64,000 nt of DNA from Candidatus Multivoradales bacterium (GTDB lineage Bacteria > Acidobacteriota > Thermoanaerobaculia > Multivoradales > Multivoraceae). The notes beneath the pieces are model-generated. The model was not told where the DNA came from. It ran no database searches and worked only from the letters and a program-made list of their open reading frames with translations. Of this stretch, positions 18,675 through 28,348 are shown piece after piece. The stretch is taken from assembly GCA_965223325.1 (NCBI GenBank), contig CBDCWI010000002.1, positions 1,152,001-1,216,000 of the forward strand. Reading direction: 5' to 3'. Made by a program: the position numbers and the translations under genes. How positions within the stretch are numbered: position 1 is the stretch's first letter; each line of letters opens with the position of its first letter.

Positions 18675-20270
18675 CTAGACATAGAGCAGCACTCCGCGGA
18701 CCTGCTCCCCCGTCATGCGCTCGAGGGCATAGACGTACCACCCGAGTTGCCGACGGTAGGTGAGGGTGCGCTCCTCTGAAGCGACTGGATCGCGGTCGGT
18801 CTTGAAGTCGACCACTGTCCAACCTGATTCGTCCCGGTAGCAGAGGTCGATGGTGCCTTCGAGCAGCCGATGCTCATCGAGGTAATGGTGAAACGGCACC
18901 TCGCGACGCATCTCCTTCGCCTGGCGTGCTGCCTCGAGGAGGGCGTGAGCGAGCGCCCGCCGGACCGCATCGGCTGCCAGCTCGACATCGTCCTCGGAGG
19001 CCCCCAGGAGACGCGCGCGTAGCCGGGTCGCCTGGATGACAGTCGCCTGATCGGAGGCCAGATCGATATCGGCGAGTACTGCGTGCACCAGGCTTCCGAA
19101 CGCCTTTCCACCGGCTGCCCGCACACCTTGTGACGATCCGTCCGGCAAGTCCACCCGCACGATCTCGATCACCGGCGGGCCTGGGGGTTCATCGTCGAGC
19201 TCGGTGACCACCTCGATGCGGTGCGATGGAGTCACACCGGTCGCTCGAGCTCGGGCAAGCTCGCTCTGCCACTGCTCGAAGGCACAGACGCCGGAGGCTG
19301 CGATTCCTTCGTCGTCTTCGACCAGCAGGCTCTCCTGGCGCAGGCCATAGTCGGGTGGCGGAACCTGGGCGAGCGCTGCGGGGTCCCACCACACGACGTC
19401 CCACGACGGCGCTTCGTCGGCGTCGTGTTGACGGTCTCCCGAAAGGCGATAGAGACCCGGGCGAACCGACTCCTCGGCGCGGCCGTCGTACTCCTGCGGC
19501 CGTGCCAGCACGCTCGCCTCTCCAAACGGCGGACAACCAAGGTGCTCGGCGGAGCGACCGTCGCGCCACGAGCCCTTCGGCGGGTAGACCGCGTGATTGA
19601 GCGGCTCAACCCAACCGGGGCGTAGAACGTCGCCCACCGCTGGCACGACGAGCATGTCGCGCGCGCGCGTCGCTGCGACGTAGGCGACTCGTAGACCCTC
19701 GGCGCGCTCGCGTGCCAGCTCGATGTCGCGGTTCTCGAGCAACTCGATCGGCGTCAATCCGAGGAGTCGTTGCACCGCTGTCTGGTTGCGGTTGTCGATC
19801 GTCCGTGCCGGTTGGCGGGCGGTGAGCTTGGCAGTCATGTCGGCGAGAAGGACAATCGGGAATTCGAGCCCCTTCGCGGTGTGGACCGTCATCAGGCGCA
19901 CGCCTTCTGCCTCGGGCTCGATCAGCGGTGACTCGGAAGCGTTTCGGCGCTCGGCCTCGCGGTCCAGGGTCTCGACGAACCCCCGAAACGACCGCCCGCC
20001 GCCCGCTTCGTAGCGCCGCGCGAGGTCGAGCACCCGGCCGACGTTGGCAAGTACCTGCTGCCCCGCCGGCCGCAGGGCGAAGGCAGCATGGGCGCGGGTC
20101 GCACTCAAGAGCGCCTGCAGCGTCTCGACGATCGCTCGACGATTGCGCTGCCGATGCAACGTACCGAGCAGGAGTAGCGCGTCATGAAGCGGCAACAGGT
20201 CAGGGTCGAGGGTGTTGTCGGCATCGATCTGAAGCGCATAGAGCGGATGCAGGCGACGGGTCGTTTTCCC
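18675..20270 (-). CDS. addA: AddA/UvrD-like helicase-nuclease, C-terminal part (after frameshift)
   Basis: Helicase motifs V/VI (MTVHTAKGLEFP, YVAATRARD) and PD-(D/E)xK nuclease (GTIDLCY...VVDFKT...QLGWY); frame is open back to the GGGAAAA at 20270-20264. Confidence 0.85.
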   Translation of the reverse strand, partial: GKTTRRLHPLYALQIDADNTLDPDLLPLHDALLLLGTLHRQRNRRAIVETLQALLSATRAHAAFALRPAGQQVLANVGRVLDLARRYEAGGGRSFRGFVETLDREAERRNASESPLIEPEAEGVRLMTVHTAKGLEFPIVLLADMTAKLTARQPARTIDNRNQTAVQRLLGLTPIELLENRDIELARERAEGLRVAYVAATRARDMLVVPAVGDVLRPGWVEPLNHAVYPPKGSWRDGRSAEHLGCPPFGEASVLARPQEYDGRAEESVRPGLYRLSGDRQHDADEAPSWDVVWWDPAALAQVPPPDYGLRQESLLVEDDEGIAASGVCAFEQWQSELARARATGVTPSHRIEVVTELDDEPPGPPVIEIVRVDLPDGSSQGVRAAGGKAFGSLVHAVLADIDLASDQATVIQATRLRARLLGASEDDVELAADAVRRALAHALLEAARQAKEMRREVPFHHYLDEHRLLEGTIDLCYRDESGWTVVDFKTDRDPVASEERTLTYRRQLGWYVYALERMTGEQVRGVLLYV

Positions 20271-22366
20271 TCGGGCACAGCCTGGCGGAATCGCAACAGT
20301 TCGTCATCGGTGATGCCAAAGAGAGCACCTCGTAGGGTGGCGTACACCGACAGCTCGTCGTCGGGCCACTCGATGGCAGAAAGCGCCGCGCGTAGCGTCT
20401 CGACCTCTTCGCGCTCGAAGAAGCTGCGCGACCCCACCAGTAGATGCGGAATACTGAGCCGGTCGAAAGCACGCACATAGGGCCGCACGACGTCGTTACC
20501 CCAGGAGACGAAGCGGCGAAACAACAGGCAGATGTGGCGCGGTTCGATATCGATCACCCCGCGCCGCGGGTCGCGCACCTTGAAGGCCGTCGCACCGCTG
20601 TCATCGCGTTCGAGCAACCAGGCAACGAAAGCGGCGGTGGTCTCGGGGTAGCAGTCGTTGATCGCGCTCTCGGCGATTCTCCTGACACCGTAGGGTCGCG
20701 GCGCAGGCAAGACGATCACCGAGGGTTGGTCCGCAATTGCCGGCCGCGATTCATGCAGCGGAACATAGGCGGGGTTGCCGATGTCCTGCGAGCCGTCCAT
20801 GACCTCCGCAAAGGCGTGATTGATGACCCGCTGAATGTCGGGCACTGACCGGAAGCTCTGGGTCAGATGCAGAACGGCAACGCCGGCCTCGCGAAGGTCG
20901 CGCTCGATCTCCTGATAGAGCCGCACGTCGGCACGCCGGAAGCGATAGATCGACTGCTTCGGATCACCAACCAGAAACAACTTGCCGGGCGCGGGCTTGA
21001 CCTGGCGCCAATCCGGGGGCTCGGCCTCGGCCGCTTCTCCAGTAGCCAGCGCTTCTTCTTCACCCGCGAGCAGGAACAGAATCTCGGCCTGCAGGGGGTC
21101 GGTGTCCTGAAACTCGTCAACGAAAATATGGGTGATGCGGCGTTGCAAATGGCGGCGCACATCGGCACGGTCACGCACCAGGTCACGCGTCAGGATGAGA
21201 AGGTCCTGGAAGTCGAGCCGACCCGAGCGCCGCTTGACCCCGTCGTAGTTGGCGACGACTGGCCAGAGATCGGCACGCAACGCGACCGCGAGATCCGCAT
21301 CGACACAGTCGCGAAAGCGCTCGAGTGCTTCGATCAAACCGTCTTTGAGCTCGATGACCTGCTGGCGAGCGATTCCCTCTGCCAGCGGTCCACTGCCTTT
21401 GCGGGGGCGATTCCAACCGCTCAGATCGCGGCAGAGTGCGACCAGCCGCGCCTCGAGCGCGTCGTCGTCCCGCGGTGATTCCTGGTCGGAGGGGTGGTGC
21501 AGAGAAGGGCGCCGAATCCAGTTCGCCAGGAGTGTCACCGGCTGAAGATCCGAAACCAGAATGTCGCGCCGCGGCGCGGGTTCGATCAGGTCGGCCAAAC
21601 GCAGGACCCGCTCTAGCAGCTTGTCGATCGCCCAGGCGCGTTCGAACGGCTCCCGGCGCCAGTCGCCCGGGTAGTCGCGCCACTCGACGAGGTTCCAGGC
21701 GGCGTCCCGCAGGCGCTCGAGCGGCGCGCCGAAGCGTGAGCCACCTTCCAAGGTCAAGCGCTCGAGGGCCCGCCGCACACCTTCGGGGAGATCGACGAGT
21801 CGCTCTGGAATGAACTCGTCGAAAGCGCGCGCGAAGAGCTCTCGGTCTTCGCCGTCGGCCACTTCGCGAAAGGCCGGGTCGATCCCCGCCTCGATCGGCC
21901 GCTCGCGCAGAATCTCGGCACAGAACGAGTGAATGGTTCCGATGCGCGCTTCCTCGAGGTGGGCCGTCGCCTCTTCGAGCCGGCGCGATTCGTCGGGGTC
22001 GGTACTCGCCAGGCGCTCCTGCTCCAGGCGCTCGCGAAGCCTCAGCTTGAGCTCGCCTGCGGCCTTGCGGGTAAACGTCACCGCCACCACAGACGCCGTG
22101 GTTGCACCGCGACTGCCGGTCGCCAGCACACGCACCAGCCGTTCGACGAGTACCGTGGTCTTTCCGGTTCCAGCAGCGGCTTCGACCAGCAGGCTCTCGT
22201 CGAGAGAGTTGCTGATGCGATCACGCACACCCTGGTCGACGGCATCGCCGCGCGGCGAATCAGCTCCCCCCGACGGAGCACTCTCACCACTGGCTGACCC
22301 AGCCTCTTTCGTAGAACCTTCTTCTGAGGGCCGACCGTTGAACGGCACAACGTTGTCTTCGCTCAC
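20105..22366 (-). CDS. addA: AddA/UvrD-like helicase-nuclease, N-terminal part (frameshifted)
   Basis: EAAAGTGKT Walker A, TFTRKAA, TIHSFC, VDEFQDTD, VGDPKQSIYRFR; GTG 22366 with GGAGG overlaps the addB stop. Confidence 0.88.
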   Translation of the reverse strand: MSEDNVVPFNGRPSEEGSTKEAGSASGESAPSGGADSPRGDAVDQGVRDRISNSLDESLLVEAAAGTGKTTVLVERLVRVLATGSRGATTASVVAVTFTRKAAGELKLRLRERLEQERLASTDPDESRRLEEATAHLEEARIGTIHSFCAEILRERPIEAGIDPAFREVADGEDRELFARAFDEFIPERLVDLPEGVRRALERLTLEGGSRFGAPLERLRDAAWNLVEWRDYPGDWRREPFERAWAIDKLLERVLRLADLIEPAPRRDILVSDLQPVTLLANWIRRPSLHHPSDQESPRDDDALEARLVALCRDLSGWNRPRKGSGPLAEGIARQQVIELKDGLIEALERFRDCVDADLAVALRADLWPVVANYDGVKRRSGRLDFQDLLILTRDLVRDRADVRRHLQRRITHIFVDEFQDTDPLQAEILFLLAGEEEALATGEAAEAEPPDWRQVKPAPGKLFLVGDPKQSIYRFRRADVRLYQEIERDLREAGVAVLHLTQSFRSVPDIQRVINHAFAEVMDGSQDIGNPAYVPLHESRPAIADQPSVIVLPAPRPYGVRRIAESAINDCYPETTAAFVAWLLERDDSGATAFKVRDPRRGVIDIEPRHICLLFRRFVSWGNDVVRPYVRAFDRLSIPHLLVGSRSFFEREEVETLRAALSAIEWPDDELSVYATLRGALFGITDDELLRFRQAVPEGKRPVACIRSMRFRSMPTTPSTLTCCRFMTRYSCSVRCIGSAIVERSSRRCRRS

Positions 22367-25300
22367 CGAAGCCTCCGCAGCTCGACCAGGGGAAGTAACT
22401 CGTCGCGACGCTTCTTGGCGATCCTGGTTTCCTCGTAGGGACCGCACACCGGTCGATAGTCGCACCATCGACAGGCACCTTCGTCGGGTGCGGCCGGCAG
22501 GAACCCTTCGGCGATCGCGTCATCCACCGTCGCGGTGACCTTCTCGAAGCTCGACCGCGCACGCTCGTCGAGCGGCACCTCGACGACTTCGTAGCCACCG
22601 CGCTGGGTGCAGTAGAAAAGCCGTCCACTGTCGACCTGGCGCGGTGCCTCATCGCCAGCGGTTCGAGCGAGCATTGCCTCTGCCGCGAGGCCGTAGACCA
22701 CCGGCTGCAGCACCCGGCCGCCGGCGACACGCAGATCGCCGCTACGAATCGGAACCCACCGCCCCCGCGCCTGGACCCTGGTGACCCTACCGGTCTTGTA
22801 GTCGGTCACCCGGAACCTCTGGCCGCCAGCCTGGCGCTCGACCAGATCAATCGACCCGCGCACATTGACACCACTCGCGAGCTTCACCGGTTCCGGCTGA
22901 CTCGCTGGATCACGACCGTCGGCACCCGGCTCGAGAGGTCCGAGGCCGAAGGCGAGCTCGGCATAGGCCGGTTGCCAACGCCAGTCCTCGCCTTCCCAAT
23001 AACGCACGAAGCCGTGCAGGTCGCTGCGCAGGCTCTCGACCTCGGTGCGCCAGACACGCGGAATCGCCGGATGGAGCGTTTCTTCGTACTCGGCGGCAGT
23101 TTCGTCGAGAACCGCATCCACCCTGGCCATGACCTCGTCGAGGTTGTCGGTGCGCACCGGCAAGAGCTCACTCGCCTCGAGTTCTCGAAAGAGCTTGAAC
23201 TGAACATCGTGAAACAGACTGCCGCGGGTCAGCGGGTCGACCGCCTCGAGAGTCTCGATCTCGTCACGCGGTCGCAGACGTTGGATCGCCTGAAGGAAAA
23301 AGCGGTACGGGCAGGCGGCAAAGTGCTGCAGGGCCGTCGGCGAAACCGAACGCTCGCTCAAACGGTGGCCCGCGAGTACGACAGCAGCAGCCGCGCCCGG
23401 TTCGACCAGGCCGTCGGAGGGAAACCAACCTCTCCGCCAGCGCCCGGCACGCGCTCGCAGAGAGCGCGCCAGCCAGCGGTTCGAGGAAAGCAGAAACCGC
23501 CCGGCGCCGCGGGTCTGTTCGCGGCGCGCCGCGCGGTCTTCTCCGCGCGCCAATGGGCGCAGCAGGGGTCGCAAGAGGGCCAGGTCGTACTCGACCTCGT
23601 CAATCGCCGAACGAGGATCTTCCGGGGCCGGCCAACCGGCGCCGCGCGCCGACGCCTCGGCAGCGTCACGCGCCAGCGCGTCGAGCTTGGGCAAGAGACC
23701 GTCGGCGGCACGCAAGAGATCAAGGGCGTAGAAAGAAGGCACACGCTCGCGTCCCTCGGCCGCATCGACGCGTGGATACGAGACCACCAGCTGCTGCTCG
23801 GCCGCCCCGACCGCGAGGTGCAGGAGTTGGCGCTCGGCCTGGATGCGATCCTCCTGGAGCTCGAGTCGGATGCCGTCTTCCTCTAATCGGCGACGTTGCT
23901 GATCGAGCAGCAACGGATCTTCGAGCGCACGGCGCGGAAACACGCCCTCGGCGAGACCGGGGAGAAAGACCGTTTCAAAAGAGCGCGCCGCGGCATCTTC
24001 GATCGACCCGACGTACAGCCGACCGAAACGTCTCCTCGGCGGCTCGGCGCGCAGTTCGGTCAGTCGATCACCAAGCGTCTGACGAACCTGTTCGAGAGAG
24101 ACCGGACGAACCTCGGACATCGGCGCCAGGTCCTTGAGCAGCGCTAGAACCGAACGTGGAAACCGCAACGCAGCGACCGCCAGGTCCTCGAGTGCCGACA
24201 GCCACTCTCCCCAACTTCCACCTTCGGGTAGCCCCTCGAGCCGGCCGATGAGTGGCAGCGCGAAGCGCGCCAGGTCGAGCAGTCGCTGGCGCTCGCGGCG
24301 GAGCGCCGCGGCGCGAAGTTCGTTCTCCTCCTCCACCAGGCGCGCCCGACGTTCCAGTTCGGCAGCGCGACCGGTGAGACGGCGCCGCCAGCGATCTGAC
24401 CCGCCAACGACTGAAGCGTCGACCAGCGCCTTCTCCCAGAAGAGCGGCGCCACCAGAGTGCCTGCACGCGCCGGCGAGTCGGCGGCCAGTTCCTCGGCCA
24501 ACAACTCCTCGTCGAGGTGCTCGAGGGCCTCGCCGCCAGCCACCGGTGCTTCGTCTTCGCTGTCGGCAAACAGCACCAGCTGCTCGGAAACTGGCGCGAC
24601 AAACGGCACCTTCGGAGCCTCTTCGGGGCGACCGTCTTCGAGCTGCGGAACCTGACCGAGCGAGAGGTACTCGGCAAAGCGAGTCGCAGTCAGCCCCTCG
24701 CTCGCACAGGCGAGAAGCGCCAGCAGAGCGCGGCCGGCTGGATCGGGGCGGCGGGTGCCGCGGCTCCAGTACGCCGGCAGCTGGGCCCGCCTGAAGGCAT
24801 CTTCGAGGTGCGGGCGGTACGCCCCCGGCTGGCGCAGGAGAATCGCCATGCGATCGAAGGGGGTTCCCGCTGCGGCGAGCTGCTGGACCCTCCTGACGAT
24901 CTCGACACACTCGGCACCTTCCCCGGGCGCCGAGAAGAACACCAGCGTGTCGTCCGGAGCGCTGGCTTCTTCGCTAGCCACCGCACTCGAAAGAGGTACA
25001 AAGACGTCGTCCTGGACACGTTGCAGGCGGCTCTCTGGTGGAACGCCTGAGGCGTCGCTCGAGCCTTCGCCGGTCAACCCTAGAGGGTCGAATTCGTCGA
25101 GACCGAGGCTTGTGAGGACCTCGCGCTGGCTGCCGTAGGGCGGTAGAGCGGAGAGCGCCGCCCGCCGACCAATCACGAGGGCGGCGAGAAGCTGGCGTTC
25201 GAGGCGACCGTTGGGGGCGGCGTCGAGCCAGATCAGCGGGCAGTGCGCGAGGTCTCCCGTCGAGAGAGCGCCGGCCCCGGCCTGGCCCTTGGCGGCAGCG

Positions 25301-25842
25301 GCCAGTGCCGCGATCGCGAGGTGCAGGATGCCGGCCCGATCGGTCATGTCAGAGGCGTCGAGTAGCACCAGGTAGCGCGCGTAGAGTGCCGCTAGATCCT
25401 GCCCGGCCGGCCCGTCGAGCGTACCGAGAGCCTCTGCCTTGGCGTCGGCGAGGCGCAGCTCTCCGAAGGTGCGGTCGAGAGCCAGCGGGAATCCCGGCAG
25501 ATCGACCATCGAAGAAAGCTCTCGGAGGGCGCCCTCCTCTTGCAGCTGGGCCAGAGCGCGCACAGCCAGCGCGCGACTCGAGAGCACCGGGAGCGGTGAC
25601 CAGCCACGTTCGGCCAGCGCCGGTCCGGCAAGTTCATGTGCCAACTGCCACGGCGTATAGGGTCGCCACCCCCACAACGAGGTGTCGAGCGAACGAGTAG
25701 CCGCGCGCAGGAAGTCGTTCGCTGCTCGATGGGTCGGGGCTATGAGAAGTCCGGCCCCGCAACGCGCGCCGAAGGTCTCGAGAGCTGCCGTCGCGCGCCG
25801 CAGACGGTGGTCGGCCCGGCGGGAGAGGATGAGATCGAGCAT
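22363..25842 (-). CDS. addB: AddB-like inactive-helicase/PD-(D/E)xK nuclease with Fe-S cysteines
   Basis: SPTALQHFAACPYRF, RGSLFH, RGSIDLVE...DYKTG, Q..VY, CRWCDYRPVC; start taken at ATG 25842. Confidence 0.85.
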   Translation of the reverse strand: MLDLILSRRADHRLRRATAALETFGARCGAGLLIAPTHRAANDFLRAATRSLDTSLWGWRPYTPWQLAHELAGPALAERGWSPLPVLSSRALAVRALAQLQEEGALRELSSMVDLPGFPLALDRTFGELRLADAKAEALGTLDGPAGQDLAALYARYLVLLDASDMTDRAGILHLAIAALAAAAKGQAGAGALSTGDLAHCPLIWLDAAPNGRLERQLLAALVIGRRAALSALPPYGSQREVLTSLGLDEFDPLGLTGEGSSDASGVPPESRLQRVQDDVFVPLSSAVASEEASAPDDTLVFFSAPGEGAECVEIVRRVQQLAAAGTPFDRMAILLRQPGAYRPHLEDAFRRAQLPAYWSRGTRRPDPAGRALLALLACASEGLTATRFAEYLSLGQVPQLEDGRPEEAPKVPFVAPVSEQLVLFADSEDEAPVAGGEALEHLDEELLAEELAADSPARAGTLVAPLFWEKALVDASVVGGSDRWRRRLTGRAAELERRARLVEEENELRAAALRRERQRLLDLARFALPLIGRLEGLPEGGSWGEWLSALEDLAVAALRFPRSVLALLKDLAPMSEVRPVSLEQVRQTLGDRLTELRAEPPRRRFGRLYVGSIEDAAARSFETVFLPGLAEGVFPRRALEDPLLLDQQRRRLEEDGIRLELQEDRIQAERQLLHLAVGAAEQQLVVSYPRVDAAEGRERVPSFYALDLLRAADGLLPKLDALARDAAEASARGAGWPAPEDPRSAIDEVEYDLALLRPLLRPLARGEDRAARREQTRGAGRFLLSSNRWLARSLRARAGRWRRGWFPSDGLVEPGAAAAVVLAGHRLSERSVSPTALQHFAACPYRFFLQAIQRLRPRDEIETLEAVDPLTRGSLFHDVQFKLFRELEASELLPVRTDNLDEVMARVDAVLDETAAEYEETLHPAIPRVWRTEVESLRSDLHGFVRYWEGEDWRWQPAYAELAFGLGPLEPGADGRDPASQPEPVKLASGVNVRGSIDLVERQAGGQRFRVTDYKTGRVTRVQARGRWVPIRSGDLRVAGGRVLQPVVYGLAAEAMLARTAGDEAPRQVDSGRLFYCTQRGGYEVVEVPLDERARSSFEKVTATVDDAIAEGFLPAAPDEGACRWCDYRPVCGPYEETRIAKKRRDELLPLVELRRLR

Positions 25843-25916
25843 GGGGCTGCTCTCTTCGTCGCGGCTGGCCACATCAAAGGCGACGATAGCAGGCCGGAGT
25901 GGGTACTCTAGCTGCC

Positions 25917-26783
25917 ATGGACCTGGTTTCACTCGCCGACGCAGCCCTCGAACCGCAGGCGGTTCGCCGCTACGCGATCGAGCTGCTCTACGAGAACCCG
26001 CCGACGCTCGATCTCGAGCAGGTCCGAACACTCGAGCGTGGAGCCACCGGCGATGCGGCTGCAATCGAGGTCGAAGTGGAAGCCGAGCGCGCCACCATCA
26101 CCTGGCGGGCAATCAACGGGGACGGAGCGACCGATCTGGGTAGCTGCGTCGTCGAGGGCTCTTCGCAGCCTGCCGACTCGACGGTCACGCTCGCTGCCGC
26201 CAGTCAGTCCTGGTGGTGGCAAGAGGCCCGTCAGGTGGCACCACGATGCCGGTTCGCAGTTCGCATCTTCGACCGTGACGCAGAGGCGATCGACCGCAGG
26301 GTGCGAGTCGGCCACCTGCAGGAAGCGGTCGCGACGATCCATCAGCATTGCCCGGCGGCAGCGATTCATTGGGTGCCGGCCCAACAGTTGATGGCGCCAA
26401 ACGAAGCGACGGCTGGTTGGCGATCAGACGGGTTCACCAACCCGATGCCTGGCGCCATCAACGTGCGCGCCTTCCGAGTCGGTGGAGAGCCAGAGGCGGG
26501 GGAAGCCGAGTGGCTGATGGACACGATGGGCCTCGCCGCAGTCGGACTACGGGATCTTCAATGTCACTTTCGCGGTCTCGACCCGAACGAGGTCAGCCGG
26601 TCGCTCTACAACACCGCGCTCTACCTGTGGGAGAAGGGCGACGTACTCGAAGACGGCCACACCGTCGAGGGCCCTCGACCCGACGACGAGTGGCGGTGCC
26701 AGCGTGAGAATGCCCGCGCCCAACCGCGACGCGCGGTCGTCGACCTCGACCCTGGTTTCCCGTTCACTGCCGGCGCCCACTGA
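25917..26783 (+). CDS. DUF4261-domain protein
   Basis: MDTMGLAAVGLRDLQCHFRGLDPNEV...YLWEKGDVLEDGHTVEG...WRC pattern. Confidence 0.8.
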   Translation: MDLVSLADAALEPQAVRRYAIELLYENPPTLDLEQVRTLERGATGDAAAIEVEVEAERATITWRAINGDGATDLGSCVVEGSSQPADSTVTLAAASQSWWWQEARQVAPRCRFAVRIFDRDAEAIDRRVRVGHLQEAVATIHQHCPAAAIHWVPAQQLMAPNEATAGWRSDGFTNPMPGAINVRAFRVGGEPEAGEAEWLMDTMGLAAVGLRDLQCHFRGLDPNEVSRSLYNTALYLWEKGDVLEDGHTVEGPRPDDEWRCQRENARAQPRRAVVDLDPGFPFTAGAH

Positions 26784-26811
26784 GGGGCCTCCCGAAAGGC
26801 GGCCAGGGGCG

Positions 26812-28152
26812 CTAAGGCTTCGACGAACTCCACTGCGTCGTGGTACCCGACTCAAAGCCATCCGAGTAAATCTCGCCGCCCGCGACGACGCGGTAGATCA
26901 CGCCACTCCGCTCGCCGAGTCCGCCGCGGTACGCCATGTAGACCGCACCGGACTGGCTCTCGCCGAAAGCCGAGATGCCCTGGCTCGAAAGATCCGCGAG
27001 CACATCGGTCGACCAGCTCCTGATCCCCCGTCGCGTCGACTCTGCGGCCCCCCAGATACGCCCGGAGCACCAGTCGGCGTAGAGGTAGTAGCCATAGAGG
27101 GGACCCGGGTTGCGATAGCGCACGCCCCCGATCACCGCGCAACCGACGTCGTGGTCGTACTCGAGAATCGGCGGATCATAGAGCGTGCCGGAGCACTGCG
27201 CCTGGGTCGTGCCGGGATCATCGGGCTCGCCGTTGCGGTCGTCGAACGGGTGGGTCCCCTCACACTCATCCCAGCCGAGATGGTCACCACCACTGCCGGC
27301 GGCAAGCAGGTTGACCTCTTCCCAGAACTGCTGACCGACGTCGGCTACGAAGAGGTCACCGGTCTCACGATCGAAGCTCATCCGCCAGGGGTTGCGCAGC
27401 CCGTAGGCCCAGATCTCGTCGCGGCCGGCGGGGCTGCCCTTGAAGGGATTGCCGTCGGGCGATGTGTAGGAGCTCCCACTCGAGGTGTCGATGCGCAGCA
27501 CCGCGCCGAGCAGCGTCAACGGGTTGCCGCCGTTTTCGTTGGGATCGCGGCTACCACCACCGTCGCCGAGCGAAACGTAGAGATAGCCGTCGGGCCCGAA
27601 GTGGAGATCACCGCCATTGTGGTTGCCGTCGGGTTGGTCAACCTGCAGGATGATCTGCTCACTCGAAGCGTCGGCCGCACGCGGGTCGTTGACGTCGCGG
27701 AGAAAGCGCGACACCACGGTGTCCTGCTGCGCATCGGTGTAGTAGACGAAAAAGCGCCGGTTGTTCAAGTAGTCCGGGTCGAAGGCAAGGCCGAGCAGGC
27801 CGCGCTCGCCACCCGGGACGAACTTGCTGCTCAGGTCGAGAAAGCTCGGGCTCCGGATGCGCCCGTTCTCGAAAATGTGAATCTCACCGGTTTGGGAGAC
27901 GATGAACAGGCGCCCGCTGTCGTCACCGGAGTGACGAATCGCGATCGGGCTCTGGACCTGGGTGGCCACAGGGTCGAGCTCGACCACGAGCTGCGCGGTC
28001 GCCAAACCGGCGTAGAACGCCGAGAACGCCAGGACGAAGAGGCTTGCAGCAACCGCACGAGGCTCTGTGCCACGGGTTCGTTCGAAGCCGAAACCGATGA
28101 ACAACGGGATTCGCAGGATCGGTGAATTGAACATCCAGATTCTCCTCGGCAA
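26812..28152 (-). CDS. PQQ-dependent glucose/sorbosone dehydrogenase family protein with C-terminal DGFES tag
   Basis: GERGLLGLAFDP, NHNGGDLHFGPDGYLY, WAYGLRNPWRMSFD, DVGQ..WEEVN; start uncertain. Confidence 0.92.
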   Translation of the reverse strand: MPRRIWMFNSPILRIPLFIGFGFERTRGTEPRAVAASLFVLAFSAFYAGLATAQLVVELDPVATQVQSPIAIRHSGDDSGRLFIVSQTGEIHIFENGRIRSPSFLDLSSKFVPGGERGLLGLAFDPDYLNNRRFFVYYTDAQQDTVVSRFLRDVNDPRAADASSEQIILQVDQPDGNHNGGDLHFGPDGYLYVSLGDGGGSRDPNENGGNPLTLLGAVLRIDTSSGSSYTSPDGNPFKGSPAGRDEIWAYGLRNPWRMSFDRETGDLFVADVGQQFWEEVNLLAAGSGGDHLGWDECEGTHPFDDRNGEPDDPGTTQAQCSGTLYDPPILEYDHDVGCAVIGGVRYRNPGPLYGYYLYADWCSGRIWGAAESTRRGIRSWSTDVLADLSSQGISAFGESQSGAVYMAYRGGLGERSGVIYRVVAGGEIYSDGFESGTTTQWSSSKP

Positions 28153-28348
28153 CGCATGGCGCGGTCTCTTCCCAAGGAAGAGTCGCGAGCTAGCGGATCC
28201 GTCGACCTGCGTGGTCGAGCGGATGGAACACAGACAGGTCCGAAACCGACCACTCCGGGTCGGTTCGGGGAAAGAAAAATCGCTCTAGTGCGATGATTCT
28301 ATACAAGCGCGCCAACCGAAGAGCAGCGCCCGGTGACGAGGGCTCACC

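Noticed and set aside
18675-25842. Helicase-nuclease pair as an anti-phage defence system
   Set aside because: Architecture and order fit housekeeping AddAB/AdnAB-type repair genes; no defence-island context.
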